Origin: Candidatus Enterousia sp.
Lineage (GTDB): Bacteria; Pseudomonadota; Alphaproteobacteria; Rs-D84
Reading direction: 5' to 3'
NCBI GenBank assembly: GCA_045648665.1
Contig: JAZROL010000014.1
Span: 1-63,844 of the forward strand
DNA length: 63,844 bases
Made by a program: the position numbers and the translations under genes
Notes under the pieces: generated by a model
The model's database searches: none
What the model was told of the DNA's origin: nothing
The model's input: only the letters and a program-made list of their open reading frames with translations
Shown: positions 58,905 to 63,844 of the stretch, piece after piece
Numbering within the stretch: the first letter of the stretch is position 1
Layout of the letters: each line of letters starts with the position of its first letter

Positions 58905-59973
58905 CTATTTTGCCAACATTGCCAACATAAAATCGTCTAAATCCCCGTCCAGAACGGCGTTTGAATCCGTTTTTTCTACGTTGGTACGAACGTCTTTGAT
59001 TAACTGATATGGATAAAGAACATAGTTTCTTATCTGGCTGCCCCATTCAATTTTTTTCTGGGCGGCTTTGGCGGCGTCTTCTTCCGTGGCACGTTTTTGC
59101 ATTTCCAATTCATACAATTTAGAACGCAACATTTTCATAGCCATTTCTTTGTTTTGAATTTGACTGCGTTCGTTTTGACATGTGACAACTGTGTTCGTTG
59201 GAATATGCGTTATACGGACGGCGGAATCAGTTTTGTTGACATGTTGTCCGCCCGCGCCAGATGCACGATAAGTATCAATTCGTAAATCTTTTTCGTTGAT
59301 TTCTATTTCTATGGAATCATCAACGTCAGGCCATACATCCACAGATGCAAAACTGGTTTGGCGTTTCCCGTTCGCGTTAAAAGGCGATATGCGAACCAAT
59401 CTGTGTACACCAATTTCGTTTTTCAACCAACCAAAAGCGCGTTCGCCAACAATCCTGAAAGTGATACTTTTTATGCCTGCAACGTCGCCAGGGTGTTCTT
59501 CGACTGTTTCAATAGTAAAACCATGTCTTTCGCACCAACGAGTGTACATGCGTGATAACATTTGCGCCCAATCTTGTGCTTCTGTGCCACCGGCGCCGGA
59601 TTGTATAAATAAAAACGCGCCGTTGTTATCCATTGGGTCGCTGAATAAAGTTATAAATTTAGCCCTATGCGCATCATTTGCCAGTTTTTCAATGGCAGAT
59701 TGGACGTCGTAATCTTCCGGTGATAATTCATATAATTCGGCCAAATTTTTATATTCTGTTTCTAAAGCGGTTAATGCGGATAATTGTTTTTCCAGATTTG
59801 ATTTTTTTTGCAATATTCCGCGTGCATAGTCCGGATTGTCCCATAAATCAGGTTGATTAGAAATAGCGGATAATTTATCTATTTCTAATTGTATTTTAGC
59901 GGGGTCAAAGAAACCCCCTTACGGCGGAAATGTCGTCATATATTTGTGCTAAAACGTCATTGTTTATAATCAT
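58905..59973 (-). CDS. prfB: Peptide chain release factor 2, with a programmed +1 frameshift at CTT TGA C (59910..59904)
   Basis: Frame 0 reads ATG(59973) MIINNDVLAQIYDDISAVRGFL then TGA. An SD-like AGGGGG lies 3 nt upstream of CTT. The +1 frame continues DPAKIQLEIDKL...MQKKSNLEKQ. The SPF (RISPFNANGKRQTSF) and GGQ (SGAGGQHVN) motifs are present. Confidence 0.93.
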
Positions 59974-60089
59974 AATGGAAAATATATCAAATATTTAACC
60001 CAAATCAACTTTTTTGTATTTTGTTGTGAAAGTTTTATTGCGTTTCTTTTCTCAATATGATAAAATGACATGCAAAGAGAGGGAATTCC

Positions 60090-61346
60090 ATGAATAAGTT
60101 TTTAATAGCGTTTGGATGTGTTGGGACATTGCTGATTTCTAATTCTGCAATGGCTTTGTCTGCTGGGACAACTGCTACGAATAATGGGCGCGCAACGATT
60201 TATACTAATTCAGTTGGTGCATCAACAGGTGGATTGCGCGGACAACAGGCAAACGCAAATGCTTATATTCAAAATCAAAGAAATACATATTTTTTAGTAA
60301 CTCAACCGGATGTCGATACTGCGTGTCGTCAAAAGATTTACAATTGTTTGTCTGATTATTGTGGTGATGTTGCGATTGTTCCGGGAAAAACATCGGGACG
60401 TTGTATGTCTTCTGCGGGAAATCTGGAAAGCGAATTGTATAACTATGCCTTATTATGTTTACAGAAAGATACATCTATATTATTGCCGCAATATAACACA
60501 ATAACTAAAAATGGTTCTGGTGGTATGAACACTGCTGCGCGTTTGTGTCCTTCTTATGTGCAACAGGAGGTAATGTCTTATTTGTCTATGGCAAATATGG
60601 CGGATAAATTGACGCGTTCCCATTCTGATTTGTGTGTTCAGCGTCGTCGCGAACTAGAGGCGGCAATGGCTTGTCATTCTGTCGCATTGGCGTACGGTAA
60701 TGAAACAAACAGTATGTTAGTGTCGCAATTAACTGATTATTGTGGTGCTGGTGTTGCTGGCGGAAGTGCTGAAATGGTAACTCGTTTTGCTAATGCTGGG
60801 AATGTTGGTGCAAATATTTGGGGATGGGCTGAAAAAATAATCAGTCTGGATTTAAATTCCAAGGGTGCGAATTGGGAATCTGCAGTTGATGCAGTGTTGG
60901 CCAGTTATACAAATCGTATGAATTTAGCATGTGGCGATGATATGAAATTAAATACTACACCACACGCAACAACAACAAATGAAACACCTAATTTGCAAAA
61001 AGCAGTTGGTGTTTTGGCAAATGTAGCGTTCCCAGAACCAACAACCCAACAAGATAATCCATATAATGAACAAGCAATTACTATGGAAATAACATCGCGT
61101 TCGGAAATATACGATTATAATACTGCAAATCAGGTTGTTCAGGCGGGGCTGGCTAATAGTCCGTTGACACAAAATTCGTTTTTAACCAGTACTCAAATGG
61201 ATAATATGCAAAAAGCATACAGATTGGGAACAAAAGTTTTTGTTATTCGTGATAGTACGCGTTGTTATATAGTGCCTGTGGCCACATTAACTCAAACTGA
61301 GACATCGCTGATATCGCAATCTTTTGCAAGTTGCATATATCGTTAA
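60090..61346 (+). CDS. Secreted Cys-containing protein (418 aa), unknown function; shares its opening Cys motif with 25347..27773
   Basis: Signal peptide MNKFLIAFGCVGTLLISNSAMA; CRQKIYNCLSDYCGD compares with CRDSYATCMDQFCAG. Confidence 0.75.
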   Translation: MNKFLIAFGCVGTLLISNSAMALSAGTTATNNGRATIYTNSVGASTGGLRGQQANANAYIQNQRNTYFLVTQPDVDTACRQKIYNCLSDYCGDVAIVPGKTSGRCMSSAGNLESELYNYALLCLQKDTSILLPQYNTITKNGSGGMNTAARLCPSYVQQEVMSYLSMANMADKLTRSHSDLCVQRRRELEAAMACHSVALAYGNETNSMLVSQLTDYCGAGVAGGSAEMVTRFANAGNVGANIWGWAEKIISLDLNSKGANWESAVDAVLASYTNRMNLACGDDMKLNTTPHATTTNETPNLQKAVGVLANVAFPEPTTQQDNPYNEQAITMEITSRSEIYDYNTANQVVQAGLANSPLTQNSFLTSTQMDNMQKAYRLGTKVFVIRDSTRCYIVPVATLTQTETSLISQSFASCIYR

Positions 61347-61356
61347 AAAATCAAAG

Positions 61357-61379
61357 AACCGCCGTTTGGCGGTTTTTTT
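61357..61379 (+). terminator. Rho-independent terminator
   Basis: AACCGCC-GTTT-GGCGGTT followed by T7. Confidence 0.8.
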
Positions 61380-61427
61380 ATATACTATTTCTTGAAAGCA
61401 GGGTGTTTTTTTGATACAATTATCACT

Positions 61428-62585
61428 ATGAAATTATCCAGAAGGCAATTTTTAAAAACAGTTGGTTTTTCAGCGTCAATTGTCGTATTGTCGCCGCGTG
61501 TCGCATTATGTGCACCTAATAATTTGAAAAATCTGCGAACAGGATTGCAACCCGGTGGAAAAACGCGTTTAGTCATAGAAACTACTGCACGTCCTTCTTA
61601 TTTTTTGTCGTACGGTGAAAAACAATTGATTGTGAATCTGTCTAACGCGACCGGAAGGAAAGATGTTGAAACAAAATTGGCCAGTGGAACATTGGTTAAG
61701 CGCCTGACACAAATCCAAGACGGAACACGGTTGCAGATTGTCGCGACTTTGTCCGGGGAAATAGATGCAATTGATAAAAATCAAGTTATGATTTTAGATC
61801 CTAACGGTGATAATGATTATCGTTTGGTCATAGACTTCGCTGCGGGCAGTGGAAAAGGTACAGCAAAAACCACAAATAATACACAAAATAAACAGACGAC
61901 AAAGACACAACAACGCATAATTGTAATAGATGCAGGTCATGGTGGAAAAGACCCAGGATGTATAGGGCGTGGCGGAACCCAAGAAAAAACAGTTGTTTTA
62001 TCTGTTGCTAAAAAATTAAAAAATAAGTTAGATGCAAGTGGTTATAAAACATTTTTGACGCGTTCTAATGATACCTATTTAAAATTGGCAGAACGTGCAG
62101 AAATCGCGGAAAAGAAACATGCTGATTTATTTATATCTTTGCACGCTAACGCTAACCCAAGTCGTGATATGAAGGGTTTTTCAATTTATACATTATCTGA
62201 ACAGGCATCGGACGAAGAGGCACAAAAATTGGCTGAATCTGAAAATGCAGCGGACAAGATAGATGTTAACGGTTTTGAAAAGTTTTCAAAAGATATTCGC
62301 GTTGCGCTGTCATCGCTTCAACAACGTGCGGTTGCCGAATTAAGTGAAGAATATGCCAATGGTTGTGCAAAAAGTTTTAACAAAGCATCCATAGAACAAC
62401 AAAAAGGCCCATCGGTTCGTCATGCGCCTTTTGCGGTTTTGCGTTCGACTGTGCCAGGGGCTTTAATTGAATTGGGGCATTTAACAAACAAAAATGAAGA
62501 AAAATTGTTAAAATCAGATGCGCATCAAAACAAATTGGTTGATGCAATTGTAAAATCTGTAAACGGTTATGATTTTGACGTTTAA
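61428..62585 (+). CDS. amiC: N-acetylmuramoyl-L-alanine amidase (AmiC-like) with a Tat signal and an AMIN domain
   Basis: Twin-arginine SRRQFLKTVG, the AMIN-like KTRLVIETTARPSYF, and Amidase_3 motifs IDAGHGGKDPG and SLHANA. The start is trimmed to the ATG at 61428. Confidence 0.88.
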   Translation: MKLSRRQFLKTVGFSASIVVLSPRVALCAPNNLKNLRTGLQPGGKTRLVIETTARPSYFLSYGEKQLIVNLSNATGRKDVETKLASGTLVKRLTQIQDGTRLQIVATLSGEIDAIDKNQVMILDPNGDNDYRLVIDFAAGSGKGTAKTTNNTQNKQTTKTQQRIIVIDAGHGGKDPGCIGRGGTQEKTVVLSVAKKLKNKLDASGYKTFLTRSNDTYLKLAERAEIAEKKHADLFISLHANANPSRDMKGFSIYTLSEQASDEEAQKLAESENAADKIDVNGFEKFSKDIRVALSSLQQRAVAELSEEYANGCAKSFNKASIEQQKGPSVRHAPFAVLRSTVPGALIELGHLTNKNEEKLLKSDAHQNKLVDAIVKSVNGYDFDV

Positions 62586-62594
62586 TATGAAATA

Positions 62595-63302
62595 TTAACG
62601 CACTTTCAGTAAACTTATAATTTGTTTTTGCGTATGCAGCATACTGTTTTCCATATATTCAGTATACGCGCGACGATTTTCGTCTATTCGTGCATGCAAA
62701 GCATTCATGTACTCTACAGAATCCGTCTTTTTGCTAAATATAATAGGGCGATATCCATTTTGTATTAAAAACCAGTTCATAACAAATCGCGCCAATCGTT
62801 TGTTAAAATCATTGAAAGGCTGTGTCATGATAATATCAAAGTGCGTATCAAAAGCACGTGTTAACACTGGAAATTTTTTATCGTTCAAATGGTATATAAT
62901 CTGGTCCATTTTGTAATAAATGCTTTCTGCAGATGGCGCAAATTCACCCAAAACGCGTGCCATAGATAACCTAAATCCCGGTTGAACATCTGTATTCTGC
63001 AAAAGCATATTATGTAAACCTGTTATTTGGAATAAATCAATCGGTGTATTTTTGTTTTCCAAAATAAAATCATAGGCCAAGCCTAAATTTGTTAAATTAG
63101 ACCACTGAACAAAACTTCTTCGGTTAACAGGGGGCAAGTTTTTCAGTTGTGGTTGCGATAAAATCAAAGGTTCCACAGATGTGATTTCATGGCGTAACAT
63201 GTTTATACTATCAATGTTTTTAGCGGAATGACGCATCAAAACATCAATCGTCTTGCGATTCAATTCGATTTTTTCTTTATTAGTTAATTCGTGTTTTGCC
63301 AT
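62595..63302 (-). CDS. Fic/DOC-family protein with a degenerate active-site motif
   Basis: QPFNDFNKRLAR stands in place of HPFx(D/E)GN(G/K)RxxR. The start is trimmed to the ATG at 63302 (AAGG upstream). Confidence 0.7.
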   Translation of the reverse strand: MAKHELTNKEKIELNRKTIDVLMRHSAKNIDSINMLRHEITSVEPLILSQPQLKNLPPVNRRSFVQWSNLTNLGLAYDFILENKNTPIDLFQITGLHNMLLQNTDVQPGFRLSMARVLGEFAPSAESIYYKMDQIIYHLNDKKFPVLTRAFDTHFDIIMTQPFNDFNKRLARFVMNWFLIQNGYRPIIFSKKTDSVEYMNALHARIDENRRAYTEYMENSMLHTQKQIISLLKVR

Positions 63303-63459
63303 GTCTTGCCTTTTTATAAAATATAACACAAAAACATAGTTTGTCAATATATAAAGCGGATAATTTTTTTTTACTTGCAATATATATTCGAATTTTACTA
63401 AGATTGAAATAACAAGAAAAAGAAAAAGGAAGGCTAAATGGCTGAAACCCGCAGATTTC

Positions 63460-63495
<36 letters not shown>

Positions 63496-63610
63496 TAAAG
63501 GCTTTCCCGAGATTTTAAATCGCGCAACGCGCGATTTACATAAAATAATAAACGACCATGCGCGCAATCGCGCCTGGTCGTTTTCGTACCCCGTCGTACT
63601 GGGATGAACC

Positions 63611-63697
63611 AGGTTCCCCGCCTGGGGCGGGGCGAAGTCTCGGCGTAGTCGAAGGCGGAGACGGATGGCGCCGAAGGCGACGGGATAGGGTTGAAAA
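63611..63697 (+). repeat. GC-rich palindromic repeat element, copy E2, inside the leader of the 63723 ORF
   Basis: AGGTTCCCCGCCTGGGGCGGGG...GACGGGATAGGGTTGAAAAC. The core hairpin is CCCCGCC-TGG-GGCGGGG (63616..63632). It is similar to 47498..47570. Confidence 0.6.
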
Positions 63698-63722
63698 CAA
63701 CAACAAATAGAAAGGAGAACCC

Positions 63723-63844
63723 ATGAAAAAACTATTGCCAATATCCATGCTTGCGATGGTAACGGTGTGTCCTGCATTTGCGGATATCGATAACGAATCG
63801 ATGTGCGTGGTCGGCACTTTGAACGAATCGTCAAATAATGGTAA
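63723..63844 (+). CDS. 5' end of a signal-peptide protein gene, truncated by the window edge
   Basis: The ATG follows AAAGGAGAACCC. MKKLLPISMLAMVTVCPAFADIDNESMCVVG is a signal peptide. It is not in the ORF track because it is short and truncated. Confidence 0.55.
   Translation, partial: MKKLLPISMLAMVTVCPAFADIDNESMCVVGTLNESSNNG

Noticed and set aside
58588-59046. 152-aa minus-strand ORF spanning the tRNA-Arg gene and the prfB 3' end
   Set aside because: It overlaps a well-folded tRNA and the RF2 coding region, has an Arg/Gly-rich composition and has no RBS, so it is spurious.
18073-61379. Recurrent AAACCGCCC(GTTT/AAAC)GGGCGGTTT hairpins at 18079, 20391, 20917, 25305 and 61357, considered as a dispersed repeat family
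   Set aside because: Each sits exactly at a gene 3' end with flanking A/T runs. They behave as ordinary intrinsic terminators with a preferred stem sequence rather than a mobile or regulatory repeat.

Overview
This is a visibly AT-rich bacterial chromosomal window. The gene content looks alphaproteobacterial: rpsP-rimM-trmD-rplS followed by a DUF2155-like gene, an AddA-type helicase-nuclease, RNase J, L25/Ctc, and SecA with a C-terminal zinc finger. About two thirds of it is ordinary housekeeping, mostly on the minus strand: recN, xseA, tsaD, pfk, dnaK, rplY, rsmD, tadA, gpmI, rsmH, dnaE, secA, xerC/D, trpS, rpsD, rnj, prfB, amiC, tRNA-Gly(CCC) and tRNA-Arg(CCG). Wedged between these operons is a paralogous family of signal-peptide proteins with no recognisable mobility genes. 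It comprises one giant 3737-aa ORF, a 1118-aa ORF, three small members of 264, 240 and 177 aa, and possibly a fragment at the 3' window edge. The family is built from Listeria/Bacteroides-type (GY.F.GW) repeats, BspA-like Cys-containing leucine-rich repeats, eukaryote-like C..G.Y.....C..C repeats and a tandem Cys-pair repeat. The most interesting non-coding signal is a conserved promoter plus ~170-250-nt structured leader upstream of three family members (853..1090, 51653..51900, 54809..55112). In each leader, two near-identical segments compete for one complementary segment just upstream of a terminator-like hairpin. The pairing is kept by compensatory changes between copies, which suggests an undescribed attenuator or riboswitch-like element. 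Other points: both tRNA genes are followed ~150-170 bp downstream by a partial copy of their own 3' end (att-like scars). There is an (AG)16 dinucleotide repeat in a GC-rich, hairpin-dense intergenic region next to a Fic gene with a degenerate active-site motif. A GC-rich palindromic repeat occurs at three sites. addA is split by a frame change. prfB carries the canonical +1 frameshift site. A second family of Cys-rich secreted proteins is also present. I saw no CRISPR array, transposase, prophage or known defence system. All homology statements come from motif recognition by eye and need database confirmation.
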